Part shown: positions 27,851-37,503 of the stretch, piece by piece
How the letters are laid out: each line of letters starts with the position of its first letter
How positions within the stretch are numbered: the first letter of the stretch is position 1
NCBI GenBank assembly: GCA_964536515.1
Contig: CAZHXI010000005.1
Coordinates: 2,178 to 66,177 of the forward strand
Reading direction: 5' to 3'
Length of the DNA: 64,000 nucleotides
Source: an uncultured Gammaproteobacteria bacterium
GTDB lineage: Bacteria > Patescibacteriota > Patescibacteriia > CAYZDG01
Made by a program: the position numbers and the translations under genes
The notes under the pieces: generated by a model
What the model was told of the DNA's origin: nothing
Databases searched by the model: none
What the model saw: the letters and a program-made list of their open reading frames with translations, nothing else

Positions 27851-30800
27851 CTAGGGGTTAATGCTTGCCGTCAGCGTGAGCTGGCCGTCGTAGCTTCCTG
27901 CTTGCTGGGTAATGGGCACAGCCAGGCGGAAGAAGATCTTAGCGTTCGCCGTTGCCCCGAACGACTGCACCGCCACCGCCTGGCTGGTGGTCGGCACGCC
28001 GGCGTAGAGCGGGGTGAGGTCGGGGCCCCACCAGGCTTCGCTGAAGAATGGGACATCCGTCGCCTCGCCCAGGCGGAAGGCGAGGCCGGTGCCGGTGTAG
28101 GCTACGGCGTTGCCCGCCGTGGTGGTAACGCCCGGCGCAATCCACTCGGCCTTGTCGGTGATATTCGTGGCGGGGTCCGAGGTTAAGTCTAGGGTCGCAT
28201 CGGCAGAGTTACGCTTCAGGTACAGGGTGAAGCCGGTGCCGTTGGTAGAGTCAACGGCCGCATTGAAGGCAGGCTCCACATCTCCCCCGCCGCCGGTAAC
28301 CGGGTCCATGGCCCAGGTGGTATCGTCGAGCGATAGGGTGATATCGGCGCTGTTCGGGTCATCTACCCAACGGTAGCTGACCATGAAGAAGTCGAAATCG
28401 CTGACGGTAGCCAGCGTGGTGAAGGTAGCAGCCGAGCTGCGCACGCGGAGCACGGTCGAGCTGGCGACGGGGTCGATGTAGTTCTCGGGCGTGGTGAACA
28501 GGTAGCCATTGGTAATCGCATCGGAGTAGGTGTAGGTGGTGGTAGCGGCGTTGGTGGTGGCGATGTTCGTCCAGCCCGCCGAAGCCGCGCCGTCGCTACC
28601 CGAGAAGTCGAGCAGCTGCGGCTGGGTCGTCTTGCCGGTGCCGCCGGAGCGCCAGTATGCAGAGTAGAACATGCCCGCCGGGCTGGTGCCGGTCACCATG
28701 GTGTGGGTGAAAGGTATGACGACCGAGGTAATGTGCTCAGCCGTGGCGTCGGCATCCCCAGCCAGGGCGTAGTAGTCGCTAGCCATAGCCGCCGACTCCA
28801 GGGCGCTGCTCACCGACCATAGCTGGGCCGTTCCGGCCGTATCGATGTTGCGGGTATACTTGCAGTCATTGGCGCTGTTCGTGCCGTAGTCTATACGGCA
28901 GCCAGCGTCGACCGTATTGACCGTGCCCACCACCAGGTAGATCCAATCTATACGCAGCTCCTGGGTGCCGTTGGCCGAACCCAGCATGCCTATCCTAACC
29001 TCGCCGTTGCTGACGTAGTTGGCCAGGTTCACGTTGCTCTTGCTGTAGTAGCCGGTGGTGTCCGTCCCGGCCGCGGCGCAGGCACGGGCGGTACTGATAG
29101 ACTCCCAACCCGGGGTGGTAAAGTTGTAGACCCGTAGGGTGTAGTTAATGCCCGTGGCGCTGCAGCCAGTCTCGGCCACCACCAGCAGCGCGTTGGCGCC
29201 GTCGTAGGTCCGCACGTTGCGGAATGGCAAATAGAACTCGGTGGTAACGCTGGCGGTGCCCGAGGCTCTGGCGTAGGTATTATCCGACCCGCTCTGCCCG
29301 CTGCTGCCGGTTACCAGAGTCTGCGGATTCTGGGCGTGGACGTACGCCGACTCGCCCTGGCTCTGCCCGGTGATGACCGATAGCCCCTGGGGCATGTAGA
29401 CCGGGTCTACCACCATTTGGATGCTGGCGTAGTTGAACATGTGGGTGGTAGCGGTAGTCGAGGTACTGTAGGCACGGATGCGCACCGTGCCGTTGGTGGA
29501 CGAGACGAAGTTCGAGAGCGAGGTGCTGGCGATACGGTTGGACGTTCCCGAGACAGCCCCCAGGGGTACGTTCCAGTAGCCTTCGTAGATATGGTAGGTG
29601 TAGGTACGCCTGGTAGCGTCGCCGTAGGCCTGGCGGCTCTTGAAGTTGGCGTACTTGTTCAGGCTGCGCCAGCCGCCGTTGCAATCTTGGTCTGCTGCGT
29701 CGTCCACCGCCGTGGTGGTTGCCCAGTCGCATATCTGGTACCAGCGCATTAGGCTGGCGCTGCCGCTGCTGGCGTACAGGGTAATTACCATCTTGTTGGC
29801 GTTGTTCACCTTTACGTAGTCGAAGTCTACCTGCTGGTTCAGCCCGCTGCCGCTGGTGGTAACGGTCCAGTTGAAGCCGTCGTTCGCCTCGGCGTTCAGC
29901 AGGGCACGCCAAGACCCGTGGTTGCCGCTGGAGGCAGCGGCCAACCGGGGGTTCTCGGTGCCGACGCGCAGGCGGCCATCGGTGGGAGGGAAGTTGTACT
30001 GGATGCTACGGCGGGGCGCATCCTCCTCTATCCAACTAATCGAAACCATGGCCCAGTCGAACGTACGGGTGAAGCTCTGGCCCAACAGGGAGCTAGCAGC
30101 TGTACGGAACCGTACCTCGACCGTATCGTCGTACGTGTTAATGTAGTGCTGGCTGCTGGTGGTAAAGTAGCCGTGCGTAATGGGGTCGGTGTAGCCGTAG
30201 GTAGTGGTGGAGTTGGCGATGGTGCCGAAGTTGGTGTAGCCGCCGCTGGCGGTGGGATTGAGGCCCCACCAGTCCTTGAACTGCGGCTGAAGCGAGGCGG
30301 TATTACTGCCGGGCGTTGCCCGCACGCTGTAGGCCAAGCTGACCATGGTCGCATCACTCGGAACGCGTACCGGAAAGGTTGCGTGGGTCGCCACGTTGGC
30401 GTCATTGGCCACGGCGTCGCAGTCGTTGTCGCAGGTGTAGAAGTCTTGCGTAACGCCGGAGTTGGTATCCAGCTGGCTGCCCACCATCCAGCCCGTGGTG
30501 CTAGCTAATGCGCTATCCATATCGTTCATGCGGTCGCACTGGGTAGCCACTCCGGTGCCGTACGAGACCTCGCACCGCGAGGGGTCCGACACCGTGCTGC
30601 CGACTATCATGTAGATGTAGTCGAGCCGTACCTCCTGGGTGCTATTGCCCGAGCCGTACCAGCCCACCCGCACCTCGCCGTCGCGGATGTACTTCCACAG
30701 CGAGCTGGTGGTGAACCCGAACTGCCCCGCCGCATCGGTAGTGCTGCAGGTAAATCCGCTGACCGATAGGTCCTCCCAGGAGCTGGAATAAAAATTCCAC

Positions 30801-31828
30801 ACCTTGGGCTTATGGCTAATTGTGCCATTCGAGCTACAGCCGAATTCGGCCACCACGGCAATGGCGTTCGCCCCGGTGTACGTCCGCACGTTCTTGAACC
30901 GCACGTAGAAGTCGGCGATGCTGCCCGCCGTTCCAGAAACCTTAAGGTAGCCGTTGTCGCTGCCGGTTGTGCCGCCGGTACCCGAGAGCAGGGTGGGCGG
31001 GCTCTGGGCGAGCACGTAGCTGCTCTCGCCGGTCTGGGTGCCACTAATGACCACCGCCTCGGCCGGCATGTAGATTGGGTCGACCACCAGGTCTACCGCC
31101 AGCCAGTTGATGATGTGGGTCGTTGCCACGCCGGAGGGGGCGTACGCCCGAACCATTACCCGGCCGGTGCTAGAAACGAAGTTCTGGAGCGGGGTTGACT
31201 GGGGCTCATGCGTAGTTGGCGTGGTCGTAAGATTATCGTTATTCCAGTAGCCATCGTAGATGTGCCAGGTGTAGTAGCGGAGCGCTGCCTCAGCAATGCC
31301 CTGCCGGCCCTTGGCGCCGGAGTCAACCTTGTGCAGGGTCCGCCACCCCCCGCCCGTGCAGTCGCTATCGTTACCCGCATCTACCTTGTTGGGGTTCACC
31401 CAGTCGCATATCTGGTAGTAACGTTGCAAGCTAGCGCTGCCGCTGCTGGCGTACAGGCTGACCACCATCTTGTTCGCGTTGTGAAGCTCGACGTTGTCGA
31501 GGTACAGAATCTGGTTCATGCCGCCCGCCGCGGTGCTGCTGACCGACCAGCCCCAGCCGTCCGGGCTCAGCGTACCCCGCCACGAGCCGGTGTTCCCCGA
31601 GGTTCCGACGGTAGTTATGGCTAGGTTCTGGCCTACATTCAGCACCCCGCCGGTCGCATTGTAGCGGCCATTTGCCCTAGCCTCGGGCGGGCCGAACTTT
31701 CCCTCCTGGGCCAGCTTGGCCAGGGGCGGAACCAGCTTAACCAGCGCCACCTCGGCTGCGCCGCTCAGCTGCGCCAGCAGCAAGACGACGAAGGCAATCG
31801 AGGCGAGGCTACGCGAACGGAAAAGCAT
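27851..31828 (-). CDS. giant secreted surface protein (1325 aa) with an internal ~460-aa tandem module duplication and a WxL-like C-terminal domain
   Basis: Signal peptide; duplicated module (NANKMVVSLYASSGSASLQRYYQICDW... / NANKMVITLYASSGSASLMRWYQICDW...); C-terminus ...WWGPDLTPLYAGVPT...ITQQAGSYDGQLTLTASINP. Confidence 0.6.
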   Translation of the reverse strand: MLFRSRSLASIAFVVLLLAQLSGAAEVALVKLVPPLAKLAQEGKFGPPEARANGRYNATGGVLNVGQNLAITTVGTSGNTGSWRGTLSPDGWGWSVSSTAAGGMNQILYLDNVELHNANKMVVSLYASSGSASLQRYYQICDWVNPNKVDAGNDSDCTGGGWRTLHKVDSGAKGRQGIAEAALRYYTWHIYDGYWNNDNLTTTPTTHEPQSTPLQNFVSSTGRVMVRAYAPSGVATTHIINWLAVDLVVDPIYMPAEAVVISGTQTGESSYVLAQSPPTLLSGTGGTTGSDNGYLKVSGTAGSIADFYVRFKNVRTYTGANAIAVVAEFGCSSNGTISHKPKVWNFYSSSWEDLSVSGFTCSTTDAAGQFGFTTSSLWKYIRDGEVRVGWYGSGNSTQEVRLDYIYMIVGSTVSDPSRCEVSYGTGVATQCDRMNDMDSALASTTGWMVGSQLDTNSGVTQDFYTCDNDCDAVANDANVATHATFPVRVPSDATMVSLAYSVRATPGSNTASLQPQFKDWWGLNPTASGGYTNFGTIANSTTTYGYTDPITHGYFTTSSQHYINTYDDTVEVRFRTAASSLLGQSFTRTFDWAMVSISWIEEDAPRRSIQYNFPPTDGRLRVGTENPRLAAASSGNHGSWRALLNAEANDGFNWTVTTSGSGLNQQVDFDYVKVNNANKMVITLYASSGSASLMRWYQICDWATTTAVDDAADQDCNGGWRSLNKYANFKSRQAYGDATRRTYTYHIYEGYWNVPLGAVSGTSNRIASTSLSNFVSSTNGTVRIRAYSTSTTATTHMFNYASIQMVVDPVYMPQGLSVITGQSQGESAYVHAQNPQTLVTGSSGQSGSDNTYARASGTASVTTEFYLPFRNVRTYDGANALLVVAETGCSATGINYTLRVYNFTTPGWESISTARACAAAGTDTTGYYSKSNVNLANYVSNGEVRIGMLGSANGTQELRIDWIYLVVGTVNTVDAGCRIDYGTNSANDCKYTRNIDTAGTAQLWSVSSALESAAMASDYYALAGDADATAEHITSVVIPFTHTMVTGTSPAGMFYSAYWRSGGTGKTTQPQLLDFSGSDGAASAGWTNIATTNAATTTYTYSDAITNGYLFTTPENYIDPVASSTVLRVRSSAATFTTLATVSDFDFFMVSYRWVDDPNSADITLSLDDTTWAMDPVTGGGGDVEPAFNAAVDSTNGTGFTLYLKRNSADATLDLTSDPATNITDKAEWIAPGVTTTAGNAVAYTGTGLAFRLGEATDVPFFSEAWWGPDLTPLYAGVPTTSQAVAVQSFGATANAKIFFRLAVPITQQAGSYDGQLTLTASINP

Positions 31829-31829
31829 G

Positions 31830-33584
31830 CTATTCGGCGATTAGTATTGGCTCCTCGGGCGGCAGCAGCTCTATCGGCTGCTCGGCTACGGGCTCCTCGG
31901 GCGGCGCCGGCAGAACGTCGGCTTCTGCAGCCTCAGAAATCGGAGCTGTCGCCGTAGCGGCGACAGATGCCGGGCCTCGAATTTCTTCCAGGAAGACGGC
32001 GTGGTCCTTAGCTGCCACGGTTTCTGCTGCCGAGCCGTCGCCGTTCAGCAGCTGCAGGCTAGCGCCATCCCACCGCACCAGAAGCCCATCGGGCAGGCCT
32101 AGGTCGGTGGGCACCCCGGGCTCGATGGTCTGGCTAGCGTAGCTGCCGCCGCTCACCTGGTAGGTAGATATGGTTCCGCCGCCAGCTGTAACCCATGCCG
32201 CTACCCCACCGTGGAGAACGCTAGCCGCCACCGGGTCCAGCTCGGGCTCCTCCGAGACCAGGGTCCACGTCCCCTCGCCGGCAGCCTGGTAGACCCACAG
32301 CTGCTGCCGCTGCCGTGACTCGCTGAATACGCGGACCAGATTCACGTCGCCGTCGGCCAGCAGCTGCAGCACGGTGTCACGGGTAAAGTCTGGCTGCTCC
32401 TGAACATTGGCCGCATCGGCGCTGTAGGTAACGGCCAGGTACAGGCTGTCCAGCAGCACGGTGGGCTGCTCGGCGACGGTGGGCAGGGAGCGGAGCGCCA
32501 CCTGGACCGTGGCGAGCTCCTCCCAAGATGCGAGCGGCAGCTCCACGGCTAGCCCACGCCAAGATTGGCTGGTTACCTTGGCCACGGTGGTCCACGCTTC
32601 GCCGTCTAGAGTGTAGGCAATCTCCAGGAACGCCGGCTCGGTATCCTGGGGCAGCTGGGGCGTTGGGATTGGCGCGGACGGCCCGGGGTCGGGGGTAAGC
32701 TCGTTGGGTTTAGACGTCGGCGGCTCGTCCTTGGCCGTTGGCTCGGGAACTGGCTGCTCGGGCGCTACGGCATCGGTCGGAGCGACATCAGTCGGCGGCG
32801 CCTCCTTCAGCTCCACTGCAGGCGCCGGCTCAGCAGCGGGATCGGGCGCTAACTCTGGCGGGGCAAGCTCTTGCGCTAGCGCCGCGCGAATGAACGGCAG
32901 GCGAGCTGACTCGGGTAGCTGGGGTTCGGGAACCGGTTCAACGACTGGCGCGGGATCAGCTACAGGCTCCGGCGGCAGAGATTCCAGCAGCACCTCCTCC
33001 GCCGCCGGGGCATCCAGCAACGCCTCAACCTGCTGCTCGGGCGTGGCTACCGGATCTACGTTGACGGTTCCTCCGCTCGGCGCCGGGGTAACGACCGGAA
33101 GCTGCGGCAGCTTGCCACCCGGCAGCACTGCCCAAGACAGGTTGAGCGTAACCTTCTTGGGCGCCGCATCCAGCGGTACGTCTCCCTTGAATCCTCCGCA
33201 GTAGATTTGCGCCATTACCCCATCCAGGGCTGCCGAATTCTTAGACGTGAACAGCTCGGGGTCCGCCTCTGGGGCAAGGTCTGGCTCGCCCTCGGCCAGC
33301 TGGGGGTTTGCCCAGCCGCCCAGGCAGGAGGTGGCGTACAGGGTGGCAATATTGGCACGGCCCACGCCCCGCAGCAGGCCCGCCACGAGCACGAGCACCA
33401 GCAGCGCCGCGACGCCCGAGCGGACCCGGTGGCGAGCCAGCAGACGCACGAACGCAGAGGCGCTCACCTCTAGGTGCCACGAGCGCTCGCGTAGCCGAAC
33501 CACGCGTTGCCGGGGCCGCGATAGGATGTCGTGCACCAGGCGGGGCCGCACGCCACGACGTCGCAGGATCTTGCTCCAATCCAT
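31830..33584 (-). CDS. membrane-anchored Pro/Glu-rich hypothetical protein
   Basis: Arg-rich cytoplasmic N-terminus, one TM helix, long PE-rich linker and a globular C-terminus; 1-bp gap to the downstream gene. Confidence 0.5.
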   Translation of the reverse strand: MDWSKILRRRGVRPRLVHDILSRPRQRVVRLRERSWHLEVSASAFVRLLARHRVRSGVAALLVLVLVAGLLRGVGRANIATLYATSCLGGWANPQLAEGEPDLAPEADPELFTSKNSAALDGVMAQIYCGGFKGDVPLDAAPKKVTLNLSWAVLPGGKLPQLPVVTPAPSGGTVNVDPVATPEQQVEALLDAPAAEEVLLESLPPEPVADPAPVVEPVPEPQLPESARLPFIRAALAQELAPPELAPDPAAEPAPAVELKEAPPTDVAPTDAVAPEQPVPEPTAKDEPPTSKPNELTPDPGPSAPIPTPQLPQDTEPAFLEIAYTLDGEAWTTVAKVTSQSWRGLAVELPLASWEELATVQVALRSLPTVAEQPTVLLDSLYLAVTYSADAANVQEQPDFTRDTVLQLLADGDVNLVRVFSESRQRQQLWVYQAAGEGTWTLVSEEPELDPVAASVLHGGVAAWVTAGGGTISTYQVSGGSYASQTIEPGVPTDLGLPDGLLVRWDGASLQLLNGDGSAAETVAAKDHAVFLEEIRGPASVAATATAPISEAAEADVLPAPPEEPVAEQPIELLPPEEPILIAE

Positions 33585-33711
33585 TGACCTATTTTATACC
33601 ACGAAGCAATTCTTTGTGTCGTGGTTCGTGAAATAGTGAGCCACCCGCTGGAGGCGGGTGGCTGGGGGCTGCGGGTCAGCGGTTAGCTCGCCCGCGATAT
33701 GTCTATGGTAT

Positions 33712-36273
33712 TCAGTTGTAGCTCACTACCGTTCCTAGGACAGGGTAGCTATCGGAAGCGCTGAACGGGCCTCGCTGCTGGGTGTACCCAGCCGGCACGT
33801 AGCGGTAAACGGCTCCTCCATCGGCCCAGTTGGGCTCGTAGCTAGAATTGCCCATGGCGTAGCCGGTCATACCGGGAACCGTCGCCTGCACGGTGCGCAG
33901 CGTAGGCATGGGAACGTTACGGATACCCACGGTGTCGGCTCGCAGGCTGAAAGTTCGGCTACCGTAGCTGCCACCGAACGTGGCGGGGATGGTAGCGTTT
34001 GCCTGCCAGCCGCCGTTGATGCTGGTGCTGGAGCTGAAGGAAACCGTCCCATTGGTGGTAGTAGCCGACAGCCGAACGCCACCGGGCGCGAACGCAATAG
34101 CGGTACCGGCATCATCGTACAGCCTGAAGTCTCGCACCTGGTCGTAGGTAGACGAGCTAGACGTTGACATCAGTAGGCCCGTAGACGCCAGGTTCACCAA
34201 CAGCGACTGCAGCGTCAGCGGAACCTGGCCATAGTTGCGAACCTCGAACCGAGCAATTTCATCCGTAACACCCTGGACGTGGTTAATGAGCGGCAGGGAC
34301 GCAGCGGTAGGCACAGCATCATGAACTAGGAACCATGCCGAGGGGGAGCCGTACTGACCGATGTTCACATACTGGGACGGCAGCACGCCGGTAGGCCCAC
34401 GCACCTCGATATCCTGTACGCTATTCGACTTTACCCGAACCATTACCTGGGTAGCATCGGCCCCGGTTCCGCTACCGAATAGGTCGACAGCTACGTCCAG
34501 GTGGTAGGGTGCCCAGGCGGGCATGGCTACCGCCTGCGGGAACACGAACACGGCATCGGCTGTAGTCGTGCCAGCATTGCTGGGCGTTGCGGTGGCTAGC
34601 AGCACACCGTCGTGGTAAAGAGAAACCGAGGCGACGTTGGCGTAGCCAGGCAGGTTAGCTGAACCGCCCACGCTACCCTGCAGCTGCAGGGTCAGGCGAT
34701 GCAGCGATAGGCTGCCCTGGTCGGTGTAAGGAGTAAGCTCGAGACGGTGAATCTGACGATTCTCCGATCCAGCCAAAATTACGCTCGATACTGTATCGGG
34801 GAATACGTGCTGGCCGCTGATGCTGAGCGAACCCTGCTGTCCGCCGATAACCCAGTAGCCGAAGGGGCTAGAGACCGGCAGGAAGATCGCGGGGTAGATT
34901 GCCGCACCGCTGGTGCCACCGGTAATGGTAAGGTCGGAAGGCTCAACCAGCGACGCGCGGAGCCAACGTCCTGCTCCCGACGCCACATCGGCGTACACGT
35001 TGAAGGTTACGTTGGTACCCGGCAGGTTTATGTACGGCTGCGGCAGGTTGAAGGTAACGACCCCATTTACCGCCGCGGTGGCTGTGGCGAATGGGAACTC
35101 GGTCTGGCCGGGAACCAGCCTGAAGTTGACCAAATCGCCGTCCTGCACCGTCCCCGATAGGCGTACTATCACCTGCCTTACCACCATGGACTCCAGGCTA
35201 TTCGTGTCTGTCAGGCTGAAGCGGAACAGCCTGCTGCCCAGGCTGCCCACATTCAGATTAGCTGCCGTGGTAGTGCCGGGCTGATTGAAGTATCCACCGA
35301 CGCTGGCCCCGTCAACCCAGGCGGACGCAATCGAGCTAGAGCCATCAACCCAGCTGAACAGGTTGCCCCGCAGCGAGAAACGGGCTCCCATTGAGCTGCC
35401 GCCGGTCTGCGTAATGTCTGCGGCTGCTGCCACGGCGAGCCGTACGCCGTAGTCCCCCAGCTGCACCGGGGCATTAGCCGGTAGGTCGGCCTTAATGGTA
35501 ACCACTTTAGTGGTGAGGGGTGCGACCACGATCGGGTTAGCGGAGAGATCAATGGTCGCCCGTAGGTTAGCGCCGAATACGCCGCGGCTGCCGTGGCGAG
35601 TTGCGCCGTCCCATACCGTCGCCCCATCGAACACCGTGCTGGTGGGCAAAGTGCTGGTACTGGTAGTAGAGAAACGAGCGTACTCCTGCGTCAGCGTGAG
35701 GCTGGTAACTTGCACGGGCAGCCCCGAGAGAGACTGGATGCGAATGGCCAGCACCGGGTTCTGCTGGGTGCCGTCGAGCAACGTGGCTGCCGGCGGGGTG
35801 GCCGGGTCTACCACCAAACGTATCGGACCAGCTACCGGCACTGGGTCTTCTTCGCCATCATCGACCGGCTCTACCGGACGAATCGGGCCCAGCACGTTGC
35901 TCCAGCTAGCCTGGGTAACCGTACCCTGGGGCTCCAGGCCATCTAGGCTGCTGCGGCCCTCGCGAGCCGAAACCTGCTTGGCCAGCATCTGGAGCGTCAC
36001 GGGATCGGCGATACGCCAAACCCTGTCGCCGCGGCGCAGGTAGAGCGTCTTGTCGTTGGTCAGAGAGACGATCGCATCGCCGGTCGGCACCTTTGCCACG
36101 GCAGCCGCGGTGGAAACGCCCGCGACCCTTCCCTCGGCCAGCACCCCCCGATTCATTAGGACCAATAAGCTGCCCGAAACCCAAGCCAGGGCGCCGAACA
36201 GGACGATGGTCCGTACCGACATGCGCATACGCATTTGTTTTGATTTACGAATTAAAAAATATGCGTCCGCCAA
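33712..36273 (-). CDS. large secreted/anchored hypothetical surface protein (853 aa)
   Basis: N-terminal signal anchor and a beta-rich, T/S/G-rich body; the true start is likely at one of the MRMRMSV Mets. Confidence 0.5.
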   Translation of the reverse strand: MADAYFLIRKSKQMRMRMSVRTIVLFGALAWVSGSLLVLMNRGVLAEGRVAGVSTAAAVAKVPTGDAIVSLTNDKTLYLRRGDRVWRIADPVTLQMLAKQVSAREGRSSLDGLEPQGTVTQASWSNVLGPIRPVEPVDDGEEDPVPVAGPIRLVVDPATPPAATLLDGTQQNPVLAIRIQSLSGLPVQVTSLTLTQEYARFSTTSTSTLPTSTVFDGATVWDGATRHGSRGVFGANLRATIDLSANPIVVAPLTTKVVTIKADLPANAPVQLGDYGVRLAVAAAADITQTGGSSMGARFSLRGNLFSWVDGSSSIASAWVDGASVGGYFNQPGTTTAANLNVGSLGSRLFRFSLTDTNSLESMVVRQVIVRLSGTVQDGDLVNFRLVPGQTEFPFATATAAVNGVVTFNLPQPYINLPGTNVTFNVYADVASGAGRWLRASLVEPSDLTITGGTSGAAIYPAIFLPVSSPFGYWVIGGQQGSLSISGQHVFPDTVSSVILAGSENRQIHRLELTPYTDQGSLSLHRLTLQLQGSVGGSANLPGYANVASVSLYHDGVLLATATPSNAGTTTADAVFVFPQAVAMPAWAPYHLDVAVDLFGSGTGADATQVMVRVKSNSVQDIEVRGPTGVLPSQYVNIGQYGSPSAWFLVHDAVPTAASLPLINHVQGVTDEIARFEVRNYGQVPLTLQSLLVNLASTGLLMSTSSSSTYDQVRDFRLYDDAGTAIAFAPGGVRLSATTTNGTVSFSSSTSINGGWQANATIPATFGGSYGSRTFSLRADTVGIRNVPMPTLRTVQATVPGMTGYAMGNSSYEPNWADGGAVYRYVPAGYTQQRGPFSASDSYPVLGTVVSYN

Positions 36274-36325
36274 AGGCGGAGCACTTACAACATGCTAATG
36301 GTAACTCATTTTTGACCCGTAGTCA

Positions 36326-36979
36326 ATGGTAAGCGATGAGATGTATAATTTTTGTGCTTACTTAATCCGCTTCTACCCAAAGCCTATGCACCGTCGGTTC
36401 CTCGCCCTCTGCGCCAGCCTAGCGCTCGCCGCTAGCGCCGCAGCTGCTCCCCTAGCCACCCGAGCCGTGCAAGCTCCCCAAGATCCCGTCGCCTTCCCAA
36501 CCTGCATGGTGAGCGCCGTAACGGCACGTGAAACAGCCGTCACCGCAGCGGTGAACACCCTAACCACTGCCCGCAGCGCTGCGGCCGAGGCCAGGCGTGC
36601 CGCGGTGAGCGCGGCAGCCGCCGCCCAGGCCACGGCCTGGAACCAGGCGCTGCAGACCCGCCAGGCCGCCGTAGTCGCCGCCTGGAACGGCAACGCCACG
36701 GCTCGTAAGGCAGCCATTAGGTCGGCCTTCGCCACGTACAAGACCTCGCGAACCGCGGCCCGAAATACGTACACCGCTGCCGTCCGCACCGCTGATAAGG
36801 CCTACACTACGGCTATGAACGCTGCGGTAACTGCCTACAACACCGCCCGCAGGGCGGCCTGGACCACCTACCGCGCCTCACGGACCACGTGCTCCCGTAT
36901 CGGCGCCGACGCACGCGGCCGCTCGACGAACAACGTCATCCCCGACGACGTAAGCAGCACCGAGACTTCCGACAGCTAA
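36326..36979 (+). CDS. secreted Ala-rich helical-repeat protein (likely start 36386, MHRRFLALCASLALAASAAAA)
   Basis: Signal peptide followed by degenerate AAVxxAxxAYxTA repeats. Confidence 0.45.
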   Translation: MVSDEMYNFCAYLIRFYPKPMHRRFLALCASLALAASAAAAPLATRAVQAPQDPVAFPTCMVSAVTARETAVTAAVNTLTTARSAAAEARRAAVSAAAAAQATAWNQALQTRQAAVVAAWNGNATARKAAIRSAFATYKTSRTAARNTYTAAVRTADKAYTTAMNAAVTAYNTARRAAWTTYRASRTTCSRIGADARGRSTNNVIPDDVSSTETSDS

Positions 36980-36982
36980 AGC

Positions 36983-37040
36983 AGCGGCAAGCGAAGCGGG
37001 TCGCCCCGAGCGTAGTCGAGGGGGCGGCCCGCTTGCTTTG
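36983..37040 (+). terminator. long imperfect hairpin followed by TTTGG; probable terminator of the 36326 gene
   Basis: GCAAGCG..GCGGGTCGCCCC / GGGGCGGCCCGCTTGC inverted repeat. Confidence 0.4.
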
Positions 37041-37080
37041 GCCTGTCCCCCGCCGTACTGTATGGTGTTCTCGTACCTAC

Positions 37081-37155
37081 GGCCCCATCGTCTAACGGTT
37101 AGGACACGGCCCTTTCAAGGCCGGAACGGGAGTTCGATTCTCCCTGGGGCTACCA
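37081..37155 (+). tRNA. tRNA-Glu (anticodon TTC), CCA encoded
   Basis: Manual cloverleaf: acceptor GGCCCCA/TGGGGCT, anticodon loop CTTTCAA, T-loop TTCGATT. Confidence 0.85.
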
Positions 37156-37229
37156 TGAACCAGAGGCTGCGCCTCGGTTCATGGCCCCGGAGCGAGCTAG
37201 GCTCTGCTTCGGGGCCACCAGAGAACACA

Positions 37230-37502
37230 ATGAATCTACCAGCTTGCGTCTACATACTGTTCAGTGAGAGAGACCAAAAACTCTACACTGGGATGACAAC
37301 TGACCTCGAGCTGAGGCTCGCTGCTCACCTCGAAGGTCGCGTCATCTCCACATCGAAAAGAAGGCCTCTGAAACTCATATTCTGTGAATACTTCTTGAGC
37401 AAGAAAGATGCTGTGCGCAGGGAACGGTACCTAAAAACAACAGCTGGCAAGCGCGCCATTAGATACATGGTTCGAGAGAGCTTAACCTCTATAATGAAGT
37501 AG
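37230..37502 (+). CDS. GIY-YIG nuclease family protein (low-GC gene)
   Basis: VYILFSERDQKLYTGMTTDLELRLAAH is a typical GIY-YIG N-terminus; the track ORF 37038 runs through the tRNA, so the start was moved to MNLPACVY; GC ~47% against ~66% background. Confidence 0.6.
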   Translation: MNLPACVYILFSERDQKLYTGMTTDLELRLAAHLEGRVISTSKRRPLKLIFCEYFLSKKDAVRRERYLKTTAGKRAIRYMVRESLTSIMK

Positions 37503-37503
37503 A

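Noticed and set aside
22799-36273. Diversity-generating retroelement associated with the giant surface proteins
   Set aside because: No reverse-transcriptase ORF or template/variable repeat pair was found in the window.
36255-36290. Hairpin plus T-run on the minus strand just upstream of the 853-aa gene start, as a terminator
   Set aside because: There is no upstream minus-strand gene to terminate. It probably falls in the 5' leader or the mis-called N-terminal extension of the ORF.
37038-37229. N-terminal extension of the GIY-YIG ORF
   Set aside because: It runs through tRNA-Glu; the start was moved to the Met after the tRNA.
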